A DNA stretch of 60,706 bases, counting the filler, from Sphacelaria rigidula (Eukaryota): the NCBI GenBank assembly GCA_964200075.2. It is 7 parts of 7 records of this genome, joined end to end, with 100 filler letters (N's around TTAATTAATTAA, not from the genome) between each part and the next. Parts side by side here need not be neighbours in the genome. Positions count along the whole stretch, not along the records: positions 43,436 to 52,021 come from CAXNAA020010691.1; positions 52,122 to 60,706 come from CAXNAA020010692.1; 5 more parts are not named here. One strand, given 5' to 3'. Shown here piece after piece: positions 46,937 to 59,181 of the stretch. Under the pieces are notes generated by a model, which saw nothing but the letters and a program-made list of their open reading frames with translations, had not been told where the DNA came from and made no database searches. How positions within the stretch are numbered: the stretch's first letter is position 1; each line of letters opens with the position of its first letter. The position numbers were made by a program, and so were the translations under genes.

Positions 46937-48015
46937 CCCTTTTGGGACCGACCCCACACTAACACAAGGTTGATCCTGTGTTCGTGAAGTAATAAAAAAA
47001 CAAATCTTCGAGCGACCTGCCCAATCACAGCGAGGCGAAATTTATCGACCAGACCCAAACGACCAGTGCTGGGGTTGTTGGCGAGTATGATGCCACTGTA
47101 AAGATCGTGTGGGGACCCTATCCCTGGCCCGGAGAAGCCTTCGCAGGTTTCCAAGCGCAGGGCGGTCGGAGCTTGGTTATTTGATATGACTAGCACTTAG
47201 TATACCGTTCCCGAGTTTTCCGGTGGGTTTTTTGGGTCTCAATTCCCCACTAAAACGTAGTAATTTACCCCAACACAGGGTCGACCGGAAAAGCCGAGAA
47301 GGAATGTACATGCTACCATGTGGTCATTTTCACCACCCCCTAAATATTTGGTTGGAGAGGGGGATAGGGGGAGGGATCAGGCGTTGATTAAACCAGGTGG
47401 GGTGTGGAAAGACAACATGATCTACTGTCATGAGTTCTGCTCATCCCTCCGGCGATGACTTGCAGGGTGCAGTTGATATGTGTGTAGTGGGTGGGGATGA
47501 AAAAGCGGTATGTAGGCAGTTGATCTCGGTAGCTGAGAATTGCCCGGAACGTGCAAGGGAATATGCAGCGGCAGCTGCTGCTTCAGTCAGAGAGGCGTAC
47601 TACACTTTACTCTACTGTACTATACTGTTGCACACATGCGTGCTGCAACACTGATACCGTTCGGAGAGAATTTGCCGCATGCAACAAAGGGGGAAATAGC
47701 GGCCCACCCCGACCACAAAGGGCTGTGTGGCAAGGTGATGGAGACAGAAGTACTATCCAAAGCCACAAGGGGGCGGGTGGCCCGCCGGTCGCCGCATCCT
47801 GTTGGTAGCTCTTTACCGCGACCCATACTGCTTGGTACATCGCGGATGTACACCTGTGCACCTGAAAAAAGACTAGATGAAACTTTCGGTCTTCGTCATA
47901 ACCCTGCGCTTACATACGCGGGTTTTCCGCAACACGCCACTGTTTCGTGCAGACGCCAGACATGTCATTCCTGACCAGCCTCATTGGTGGTTCTGGAGGC
48001 CCGGTCCCAAAAGGG
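46937..48015. mobile_element. Complete non-autonomous piggyBac-like element (1079 bp)
   Basis: TTAA at 46933-46936 and 48016-48019; perfect 14-bp TIR CCCTTTTGGGACCG / CGGTCCCAAAAGGG; no transposase ORF. Confidence 0.92.
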
Positions 48016-50534
48016 TTAAACGGGAAGAGGAAGTGTGGGCTTAATGCGGCATATAGTCTGTTCATATTTTTCGACGGGTGGTGAATCAAAACCCTTGCGA
48101 ACCGCGCGTCACTCTCAAACCAAATATGAAACCCGCACATGACTCAGTCACATATCAATCACCCGAACCGTGGGTCGAACACGAGACGTGCGCCGTGATG
48201 TTGCGAGGGTGCTCACAATCGCACCGTTGATGAATGACACTTGTTTTTTTACTACAATGAATAGGAACTGATTGCTGAGGTTCAGTCAGTACAGCCTGCT
48301 CTGGCTGCTAGCTCTCTCTATTTTACTGTCAGCAACGACGTAAAACAGACACTGCTGCGGTACAGTAAGCACTGACCGATACTGCGAACGTGGCAACCCA
48401 TAGGCGTCCATTCTGACATGATTCTCGTACGGTGCACGAACCTCACCGTCATTTTCCACTTGCCGATAAAAACTCAACACAGAATACACCCTACACCATC
48501 CTCGTATGACAGCACACATCTCTTGCACACCCTCAGGCGAAAACACCGCACACAGCAATTGATCAGGCAGACCCCAGGGCTTCATGAAGGTGACTGACGA
48601 CACTAGGTCCAGGCTGCGGTCGGTAGTGTGTGCGAACAACATGGTGAGAAAATCTGCTGTCAGAGCACAAGCACGGAGCTCGAACAGATCCTCAACGCGG
48701 TCAAGTAACATACGGAAAAATCATCACGCTGAGCCTCACCAGACCATTTGACGATGTACATGGACGACGAAAAACATTTTTCTAGAAAAAAATCTAGGAC
48801 CGAAGCTCATGAGAATAGGGTCCCGCGTGCATCGCGCGAAGTAGACCGGGGATTCAGGTCGGATCAACTCTTGCTGCCTTGAGCACAGCTTTTCGAACGG
48901 TCAAGGCGCCTACTCCATACGACTGCGCGAGATGGTCTACCCGAGCCTCCGGCTAATCGGCACACGAAACGGTTCTCGGGGTAAATGTCGGGTTAGGTTT
49001 TCCCGTTCCTTCGAGGGAGAAAAAATGGATAGGAGAAGAGTGAAGGGATCGTACGACGGTGATTGCACCACACTAATTTTAGTTTTGTACACCCACTTCT
49101 GACTGCTGCCGAGATAGTTCTCCCCCCCTCCGAACCAACCAAAAACGTGCACAGAGACGATGATCATGAACGCCGTTAGAGCTGGTTCCGTGCTACACGA
49201 CGCGATTCATTTGGGCGTTATAGCTGATTTTGGACTGCTACACGCCTCTCATGTGGGTGAGATTGCTGCAAACGAGCCCAACGCAGCCGGTTTGCCTGAC
49301 GGTCTCTGGTGCACTTTTTGTGGAGGGGCTATCTCGGCAGTAGTCTTCTGTTGTATTTTCTCTTCTAGGATGCTGAAATTCTCGTGAAGGCTCTCCCACA
49401 AGTTTGGCTCGGGCAAGGGCGGTACCGACATTCCCTAGGCAAAGTGCGGCCCCGGTAGACCCCAAATTGGCACCGATCTCAACGAAAATGCGTTCTGCGC
49501 ACGCGAGGATCACACGTGACTGTCCGCCGTATTAAACATCCGATTATCGTTGTAACACTTAAATCAAGCAATATCAGCCATGAACACTCGTAGCCCGACG
49601 CTGGTAAACTCTACTGCATATCCATGGCCGAGTTACCCACCTCGACCCTTAGCAAAACACGACCTACGCGATTTTAATTCGGAGTAACACATCCTCGTAT
49701 GCTCGGGCGGCCTGTACTCTCCCACGAAAAAATGAAGCCCCCTCCCCCAAATTCGTGTAGTGTTGGAGAAGAAAAAAACAAGCTGTGCGGTTTTACGCTT
49801 CATCATACTCTGCAGGTTTAGTCGTCCCGTGAGAGTTAGGTGATCATTCGCAAGTACGATCTGCGCGAGAATATCATGTGACGGGGTTCGGGCCGGTTAG
49901 ACGTGGTCTGGACGTCTGTCTGTACTCTTTCCTGACTGCGGATTCCTCTGCTGTCGTTGCGGCAAAGATGTATGATGCCGCTTCATGGTGTGTCTGTCAC
50001 CCTGCTTGTCGCTCTCTCTGAGATGACTCTCTTTACTTAATCCGGGTAGGCTTGACAATGAACAAGGACACGGAAATAATGATAATGGTGATTTTTTTTT
50101 TCTTCTGGAAACGGCACTCGTGTTATCCACCCCGACAGTTTACCGTGTTTAGTTCTTCCTCGATAACTGCCGGTCGAAATACTCGGGTACTAGAGTGCTG
50201 CAGCTAACGTTACGTTCCTTAGTGTCCTGTTGGCTGATTTCATGAATTTTCTGCAGTTGTGCAGGCTGGCAGTGATAACAGCTGTGTACCTCCCCTGACG
50301 ATGAAAAGGTTAATCGCGCTTCATTTGAAGATGTACGACCAACCGACCGCCCCTCTTGTGATACGCGTACCGGCGACGGCCAATTTCTGACACAGTCACT
50401 GTTTTGCCGCACCAGTTTTCAAAGCTGAATACTGATCACGTGCCACGCGTTAGCTAAAGTTTTGTGCTGTACTAGCCTTCTCTGTTTGTGTCATTGAGCA
50501 TAATGTGATGCTCGCGTTGATTTTGTGCCCAGCT

Positions 50535-50552
50535 ACACACACACACACACAC

Positions 50553-50606
<54 letters not shown>
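50535..50606. repeat. (CA)n microsatellite
   Basis: About 36 CA units with one interruption; other tracts at ~29411-29430 and ~59119-59179. Confidence 0.97.
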
Positions 50607-50610
<4 letters not shown>

Positions 50611-50770
50611 CAGCATGTCTCAGTAGTCGAAATTACCTGAAGTTTACTCGCAAATATTTTGTAATGCCTGTGCCCAGTCAACGCGGCTCACACATAAAGC
50701 TCATCGAACATCTTATGTCAAGACCGCTGGTGCCGCCGTTTCCCGCTTCATTTTTTGAATGCTCGCGCAG

Positions 50771-50957
50771 ACGAGAGGCAGCAGAGAAGGAGGCGGCGAC
50801 CCGATTGGCGGCGGGAGCCGGAAAAGGATTGGAAAAATCTATGACCTCGTCATCGTCGGCGGCTGCGGGAGTTGGAGGGGTAGGCATGGCGCGCGCTATG
50901 GGGCTAGGGAGGCAGGAGCTAGACGACGCCGCCGCGGACGAGCGGCACTTGAGGAAG
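50771..50957 (+). CDS. Isolated internal exon of an unidentified protein (REAAEKEAATRLAAG...DERHLRK)
   Basis: Pyrimidine tract plus cgcag acceptor, AAG|GTCAGA donor, GC-rich coding-like composition; phase does not join directly to the 53981 exon and a spacer intervenes. Confidence 0.6.
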
Positions 50958-51741
50958 GTCAGACGTGAGATCGACGCTAGTGTCTGAGGACAGCACCACA
51001 CGATGCTTGGTTGAGTCATTCGTGTGTGATCATGAAAATGCTTGTTGCTTATGTCCTTTGGTAACAAGAGACGGACGGCATTTGTCGTCGTCTATGTGAA
51101 GGCTTGGTGTCTGGTGGCCGCTGCCGAGTCCGACTTTCGCGATGGGCGTCCGTTTCCTGTCAACAGATGACGTCGGTCGTTGAGTTACTGACGTCTTTAC
51201 CAACGGTGTAGGGAGCGCGTGAGGTGCTGCCGTGAGCTCTTGTCCTGACTATGGAAAATAACGTGTCTCGACTCTTGAAAGTAAAGACTCTCTGACTGGC
51301 TGAAGGGACAAGTAAGCTGGCGAGCGTTGATTGCTGGGGCCCAGTATATTTTCTCTGTTATGTTGGCCGTTTTTCGGGTAGTCATTATTTTTTTATTATT
51401 ATTTTTTATTTCACTTGTCCTCTTACGTCAGTTGAAAAAAAAACTCGAATAGGTCGGCGAACGGAAACATTCGCGGGGCCCGGGAGGTTTTTGCGGTGAC
51501 CATTTCATTTGTTGTTCTTGGAAACATGACGTTCGTAGTCATACATCACTAACCCTACAGGTAGCGTGCGAGGTCTGCTGCCGAAAGACGAAAGAACGAG
51601 CACACCGATTCTCAGTCCTTGGTCGCTTGACGAGTGCTTACGTAGTATGGTTCGAGTTGCAGGCAACTTGAGCTGAGCAGGAATCACTATTCGCAGTAGC
51701 CATGGCGCAGTCAAAACGATGGGAATGAGGGCCCTTCTTAA

Positions 51742-52021
51742 CCCTTAGACCGCGGTCCGGGTAATCCATCTGGATCGCGCACACTTTTTTCGAGTGAAAT
51801 TTGATGCCGATTCAGCAGGTGGCCTATCCTCGCGCTCTGAGGGTTCACGAAGGGGGTTATCACCTTTTTCACAATCCCCTTTTGACAGGGGATGGGCCCC
51901 ATAACGATCAGTCCCGAGTCCTTTCGACAAGCCGTTTTGTACAAATTGGAACCCAGATCTGCACGCAGGTTGAGGAATGCGGCGGGTCTGGAAGTGGTCG
52001 TTAGTCCAAGCAGCCCCAAGG
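51742..52021 (+). mobile_element. Probable left end of a second piggyBac-like family
   Basis: TTAA (51738-51741) followed by CCCTTAGACCGCGG; the other end is lost at the spacer. Confidence 0.45.
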
Positions 52022-52121
52022 NNNNNNNNNNNNNNNNNNNNNNNNNNNNNNNNNNNNNNNNNNNNTTAATTAATTAANNNNNNNNNNNNNNNNNNNNNNN
52101 NNNNNNNNNNNNNNNNNNNNN

Positions 52122-52477
52122 GGTGATTTGAGTGCGAGCCTGGTCCGGCGAAAACCCGGCGCGCTCCGTCCCGGCTTTGTAGGGAGGCGAGGTCAATCGC
52201 CTTATAACTATAGCATGCATGATCATGAGTATACCCTCTAGCATTTTGTGCAGTGTATGGAAGAAACGTAATGAGCGTCCATATGTTGGGGGTGCCTCTG
52301 TTAGGAGTAGGAACGGTGCTCTGTCTCGAAAACGTTGCGTGGTCAACGGCCAAAAGACTAAGGCGAGCGACAAATGAGTAACCACCCCCTCGCCGTGCTC
52401 CACGCGTCTCGAAAGGGATGCGTGGTCAATGGTCAAACGACTAAGGCAAGCAACAAATGAGTACCCCCCCCCCCCCC
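52122..52477 (+). mobile_element. Family 1 end followed by family 2 repeat with duplicated 3' end and poly-C
   Basis: gtctcgaaa...gcgtggtcaa...actaaggc...aaatgagta occurs twice (52323-52390, 52406-52477). Confidence 0.85.
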
Positions 52478-52736
52478 GTCGCCCCTCAAACTTTCATCAC
52501 CCACTGTTCTGTCTCGACCAGACGAGACCTCATGGGGTATTTCGTGGTGTTCTGATGCTAACGTACTCATTCGCGAAGGGCATCATCCCCGCTCATCATC
52601 TCCGACTACTCGGAAAGCCGTCCCGGATAGCTCGATGCAACGTACCGAGGGGTGCCTACTACCTACTGTGGCGCTTTTCATTACCTCTCCTTGTCTCACA
52701 CTGTTGCCTCTGCCGCTCATTGTCGAGCCCGTGCGT

Positions 52737-53100
52737 CGAAGAACATGAACTTTTACTCTGATCGAGTACGACAGGGTTTCACCGTCTCCAGAGACTTTCA
52801 AGTCACGACGTGGAACTGGGACATTTGCCCCCGCATCCGCAGCAAACCGATTCCTAGCCGATGCAGGCTCCGTCCAAAGACGAGCAAGTAAAAACGTTGG
52901 AGCGGGAACCGATGAGCTCGCCGGTTCCTGCTCCGACGTCTTCACTTGTTCGTCTTTGGACGGAGCTTGCACCGGCTGGGAATTGGTTCCCTGCGGATGC
53001 GGAGGCAAATGTCCCAGTTCCACGTCGTCGTGACTTGGAAGTCTCGAGAGACTGTGAAACCCTATGGCACTCGGTCCGAGTAAAATTTCATGTTCTTGAT
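52737..53100. mobile_element. Palindromic foldback element, copy 1
   Basis: agaacatgaa...ttcatgttct ends; arms pair along their length; centre GAGCTC at 52914-52919. Confidence 0.92.
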
Positions 53101-53373
53101 CTGAAGCAAGAAAACGATCGCTATACTAGGAAATAGGTGATAGCCGCAGATGGCGAAACAGGACAGAGATCAGATAAGAAAAGGTTTGGTGTAATGTATG
53201 TGAGGGACATATTGAGACCCCGAGTGTAGGATATTCTCTTTTGGGAGTGATAACGGTTTCGCGTCTCGGAAGGGGGCAAGTGATGAATGGTAGAATGACT
53301 TCGGCGAGCAACGAATGAATACGCCCCTCCCCCCCGTCCACCCTCCCCGCTTATAGTTTTCTCGCTTCGGCTA

Positions 53374-53731
53374 GAGAACATGAACGTTTACTTGGACCGA
53401 GTGCCACAGGGCCTCACCGTCTCCGGGGGCTTTCGAGTCACGACGTGGAACTGGGAGGTTGGCCCCCGCATCCGCAGCGAACTGATTCCCAACCGGTGCA
53501 GGCTCCGTCCGACAACGAACGGGTGAAAACGTCGGAGCAGGAAGCGAGCTCACCGGTTCCTGCTCGAACGTTTTCACGCCTTTGTCTTCGGACGGAGCCG
53601 GTACACCGGCTGGGAGTCAGCTCGCTGCGGATGCGGGCAGAGCTCTCAGTTCCACGTCGTCGTGACTTGGAAGTCTCCGGAGACGGTGCAACCTCATGGC
53701 ACTCGGTCGAAGCAAAGTTTCATGTTCTTGA
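53374..53731. mobile_element. Palindromic foldback element, copy 2
   Basis: Same family as 52737-53100; centre GAGCTC at 53547-53552; downstream flank is also duplicated. Confidence 0.9.
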
Positions 53732-53980
53732 CCCAATGCAAGAAAACTATTGCCATAGTAGGAAATCGATGGTGGCCACAGATGACGCAACAGGACAGAG
53801 ATCAGATATGGAAGAGGTCTTGTGTAATGTACGGAAGAAACGTCATGAGGCCTCAAGTATAGGAGATGTCTCTGTTAGGAGAAGCAACGGTTTCGCGTCT
53901 CGAAAGGGGTGATTGGTGAATGGTCAAGTGACTAAGGCAAGTAACAAACGAGTACCCCCCTCCCCCTATTATATGTGTAG

Positions 53981-54107
53981 GATATACCGAGAAACTGAAG
54001 ATTCTCTAGGACAGCTGAGGATGGCGCTGAGGCAGCTCGGTGCAGCTGGCGGCCTGAGTGGAGAGGGTGCAGCAATGAACGGTCGCCTGCTTGGCCAACT
54101 CGAAGAG
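53981..54107 (+). CDS. CEP290: CEP290-like exon: IYRETEDSLGQLRMALRQL...LLGQLEE
   Basis: tgtag acceptor, GAG|GTGCGG donor, 127 nt. Confidence 0.8.
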
Positions 54108-57100
54108 GTGCGGGGCGTACAGTAGTTTCACGAAGTTCTCGAGAAAATCAGCGGATACCGGTCCAACGATTCGGAAAATGGCCAAGTAAATAGATTCTGC
54201 ATCAATGGACAAGCAGAGTTAGCTCTCGAGACTATAGAGACGTCCCGATAAGGGTGATGGGGAGCGCGGGGCGGGGGGCGGGGGCAAGGGTTGTTTTGAA
54301 GTGACAAAAAATACAAATACAAATGCAAAAATTCAAAATGAAAACCAATTCCTAATGTGGAGAATCGAATTCATAGAATCAGCGCGACTTGGTGTTTCAT
54401 TATTTATTTTTCATTTATTTGTCGCACTTTTGAACTCCTCCCCTTCCTCGGGGCGGGTCCGTGGTGTCAACCGATCTCTCCTTGCCACACACCTTGCATA
54501 TTTGGTCTCGCGGACTGGGTTAGCAGTCGCGCACCGCGTCAACTCACGTCAAACGAACTCAGTCGACTACCACGTTTACTCACGCTCTCACGCTTTCCAC
54601 GGTAAAAATTAGATCTTACGAAGAAAAATTCCAACGCGTCGGGAATCGAACCCTCGTTCTCTCCAGCCCCAACGGCGACAGGCGGACCATGACACCACCG
54701 GGGCGCGGCGGCATGTATCAGTTTCATTATGAGGGCGGGGCTCACGTCCCGCAAAAGTAGCTCAGAATCCTCCAACATTCGTGAAATAATTATCCGGAAT
54801 TCATGAGGGAATTGTCCAAAACTCATGAACGAATTATTTCAAACCCATTGGTATATTTTTCAAAATTCATGGCATATCCTGAATAATCCATTTATACGCC
54901 AATATCGTTTCATCAATGCACTCGGTCGTTAATCATTCCCACCGTAGATTTCGATTACTGGCATTTCGGTTTCGATGATCGGGATCCCATCGACTCCTGT
55001 CGAATCTTTGACACGGAAACACACACTTCCCACGGTCGAAACCAATTCATGTGTGTGTGTTTGTGTGTGTGTGCTTCCTGTACATGACCGAGAGCTCTTG
55101 TTTCAGTAGTGCGCAATATTGTAACAAAAATAGCATCAGTATTGTTACTCCTTCTCTATAAGTATGTGTTAGCCGCCGCGCCCCGGTGGTGTAATGGTCA
55201 GACTGCCGCCATTGGGGGTGGAGAAAACGAGGGTTCGATTTCCGACGCGTTGGGTGTTTTCTTCGTATTATCCGATATTCACCGTCGAATGCGTGAGATC
55301 GTGAGTAAACAATGTAGTCGACTGAGTTTGTTTGACGTGAATTGACGCGGTGCGGGAGTGCTGACCAAATCACCGAGACCAAATATGCAAGGCGTCTACC
55401 GGGGGAGAGATGGGTTGATCCCTTGTGCCCACGGATTCGTCCCGAGGACGGGGAGGCGAGGGGTCTTCCAGACTGGAATACGCTATATATCGCCTCCGAT
55501 GCTCGAAAACCTCATTCTTGGCGACGGGGGAGGGGGGGGGGGGTACCCCGTTTTGGAGGGGTAGGCACCCCCCTGATTAGATGGATAATGACAATAGTAG
55601 TTACTGTACTGTGCAGTACGTGTGTAAACGGCTTTTCCCGGCTTGTGCCAGGCTTGTGTACAAGTTGTGTATGCTGCGATTGCACGGCAGGTGGTAGGAT
55701 CGTCTATGCTACGTTCTAGTCTCTTTTGTTATTCGTGGGAACAGCATCCTCTCGTAGTAATCGACTCGACAGCATGCAGCACGACACATAAATCTGTCAA
55801 AAGTGACACTGGAAACGTGTAGCCGGGATCCTTGTAATAAGACCCGCATTTGTTGGAACATATTATGCCAGCATCAATAAAGAATGCCGAACTGTGACTT
55901 GTTGACTACTTTCTTTAGCGACACCATCTTCACGAGATTCTCATTTGTCGCTTTTACCTGTGTTGCTGTGCAGTATGCCGACCAATAGAGATTGCCCCTC
56001 GACACAGCTGTCCGATCGCGGGCACTGCCTACGCGGGCACCAGGTGATCATCCTTGAATCATCTAAAATTGGTTGATATCATGGGAGTACTGTCAGAACA
56101 TTTTATGCCGCTTGCAATTATACAGTCAAGTCACAGTAGCAGTGTATGCCTCTGGTGTCACTCAGCAACACGTGCAACTCATGGTACACTTTCCTCGATC
56201 GACAAACAGAACGCCCTCGCGTTCACGTCTTGAGTACGCGGCCCTCGCCAGCAATGCAGCCTCACTACCATAGCAAATACCCCGAAGTCATTATCCAGCG
56301 GTTACCTTGACTGGAACGTCATAATCTAACGGCCAAGTTCTCTTCCCTGCGGCCGCTAGAATAACTGATATGCCCGAACCCCTTGGTTTTGGGCTGCTCG
56401 GGTACAGGCCAGCATAGTGGTGGCGAAGGGGCCATTCAATTCCGTATTCTGGCGAAGAAAAAGGGAGAAAACGTTTTAGGACACCATTTTTCGAGTCTCC
56501 TCATCCTCGACCGCCTCTGGGCGGGGGGGGTGCGCGGTGTATAACGTATTCCAGTTTGCAAGGCCCCTTGGGGGAGGGGATCAAAGTGCGACAATATATA
56601 TATACATATATATATGTATATACATTCCCATTCATACGCATATGAATCATGGGTGACCTTCGCTGTCGTACGTATGGAGGAAATGCCAAGTTGTAAATAT
56701 GAAGGAAGCGACGGAGGGAGGGAAGGAGGTAAGGAGGAACATACTCACATGCCAGTTCGCCCCTAACCGCGTCAATTACATATCTAGCGCCCCCCCTCTT
56801 CCCCCCCCAGCTCTGTCTCGAAAGGGATGCGTGGTCATGGTCGAACGTCTGAGACAAGTAACAAATGAGTACGCTCCCCCCCCCCCCCCTCGATGGTGAG
56901 ACACGTATGAGGCAGTGTGTAAGCCGTGACTGTCTCTGGAAGTGGCGATATCAGATAATAAAGCAACTCATGGTGGGCTGTCATCCAAATGCAAGATTAT
57001 CAGTAAGCTTCGGGCAGAACAATCGTAGCGGGATGCAGCTCACCCTTCATGCGACTCGTCGAACACACTACGACGCTTCGCGCTTGGTGATTGATTGCGA

Positions 57101-59133
57101 GCCGGGTCCGGCGAAAACCCGGCGTGCTCCGTGCCGGCTTTGTAGGGATGCGAGGTCGATGGTGCCATGACTATGGCATTCATGATCATGAGTACACCCC
57201 CTCCCCTCGCGACGAAACGCCTCCAAGGTATCGGGCCTCTTGGGTGAGAAAGACGAGACTATCCGGCAGCTAGAGCTCAAGTTGCGTACGGCGTCCAATC
57301 AGAGAGAGAGAGCGGAGGAGAGGTGTGGAGAGACACTGGAGGAAAACGTTAGAGTTCGCTCCGATCTGGCTACTTTGGCCAGTCAGGTACCGTGTGATGT
57401 CATCATCCCGTGCGTACGATACCATGTACCATTACCCAGGGAATCAAACGTGCCGCTTTTAGTGTGCGCTGAATAGATCACTCTGTTGTGGATCAGTACG
57501 TGTTTTGTCTTCTCTTTTCATGTAGGCCATTGTGCTGTTGCGTTGTGGTCTGTCTCTGTTCGGCAATTGCGATGAATGCGGTAGTGTGATGTGACATGCT
57601 ATGGCGTGGAGCAGTGCAGTGCTTCTTTGCTTCAGTCTTCCTCTCTCTTTTTGGTCTCCTTCATTCGCAAAATTACAAGCCCAACCATTCAAAAAAACAA
57701 AAGTGTTGAGCATTTTCTGTTTTTGCTTTTTCTCTCCCTATATCCAACTTCTCTCAAGCTTACATTTCTCACTTTTTTTTACGGGATGTCGATCGAACAA
57801 AAATACCTGGCCCACCTCGCTGCCCCCGTGGTATAATTTACGTGTTCTCCATCTGTTTCAATTTTTTTGCCATGACTCTCTCTCCGCCACGTTTTACCAT
57901 AACTGATGGAGTATGACCCCCTCGTTCCCTCTCCTCGACTGGATGTTCCCCCCCCCCTCCCCCAAAAATCTTTCCGTTCATCCAAAGTATCGCCAAAAAA
58001 TCTTTTCCGGACGTATTTGGCGCTTCTACAATTGATTGATCCTGCAGTAGCGTGATCCCGTTTTTTTATCCCGCCTACGTATCAGTTGTTGTTTTTTCCC
58101 AGTCCTCAACACAGTGTGTGAAGCTTTTCAATCTTGACTGAATTTTTCACGTGAAACCTCCCCTATCCCTCAAGAATATATCATCCCGTCCACTGGTAGA
58201 TATGTCCGGGACATCGTTTTCCAACCTGTTTTGTTTTTCAGCATGTTTCGCACTGCCATCAGCGATGAATTAGATTAATTCGTTCCACCATGGTCCCGCA
58301 TTTTTTATCAATTTCCTCATCTTATCCATCTTTTATTTGTGCCAATTGAACGAAAAAAACAGCTGCAAGATGCTGAGGAAAGGTGCCTAGCGGCCATGCA
58401 AGACAAGTCCGGAGCGAAGCGATTGGCGGAGCTACGTAAGGCTCTGTTGGCCAAGGAAAAGAAGATGAGGGGTTTGCGTGAAGCTCTCGTCAAGCTCAAG
58501 CAGGTACAGCAGTAACAAGCATACGTTGAAAGTGGAGAATGACCGGCGCTATCTACAAGTACAACACTAGTGGAATTGAAATAAGATCGCGGGTTATATG
58601 CCAATCCGCCGGGCAGCTGGAATTCCAATAAACCAAATGGATATGTTTGGGAGTGGCTGTCCGGAATTCCATGCGTGTCGTGCTGGTTTTGCTGCATTAT
58701 GCGTGAAGCAAGCTACGCACAAGTACCGCACAAGTAGAATTGAAATAAGACTGCGGGTCATATACCGACCCACAAGGGAGCTGGAACATATTGTTTCGGC
58801 TTGTGGTAATTATTCGATTAGGAGCAAGAGAGCATTTTCTCGTGGTGAGTGGCGGGTTACTGTAAGTAGAGCTTCACACACGCTTAAGTGAAGAAATATT
58901 GACATGCTGTTTCGTTTCCTGAACAGCATGTGCCAGACAGGTAAGCTGTTCGTCCCAAAGGAAGATGTGCCACCCCGAGGTGCGGCTTGATTATGGCATG
59001 GAAGTATATTTATTTACTAGTTGAGGTTATTCACATGCACAACAGTAGGGTCGTACACTAGTTCCATCCGTTTCTGTTTGGCTCAACAAGCTACAACCCG
59101 TTCAAACGCAAATCTTAAACACACACATTCACA

Positions 59134-59181
<48 letters not shown>

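Noticed and set aside
50771-53981. Joining the 50771-50957 exon to the CEP290-like exons
   Set aside because: Phase mismatch (0 versus 2) and an intervening spacer.
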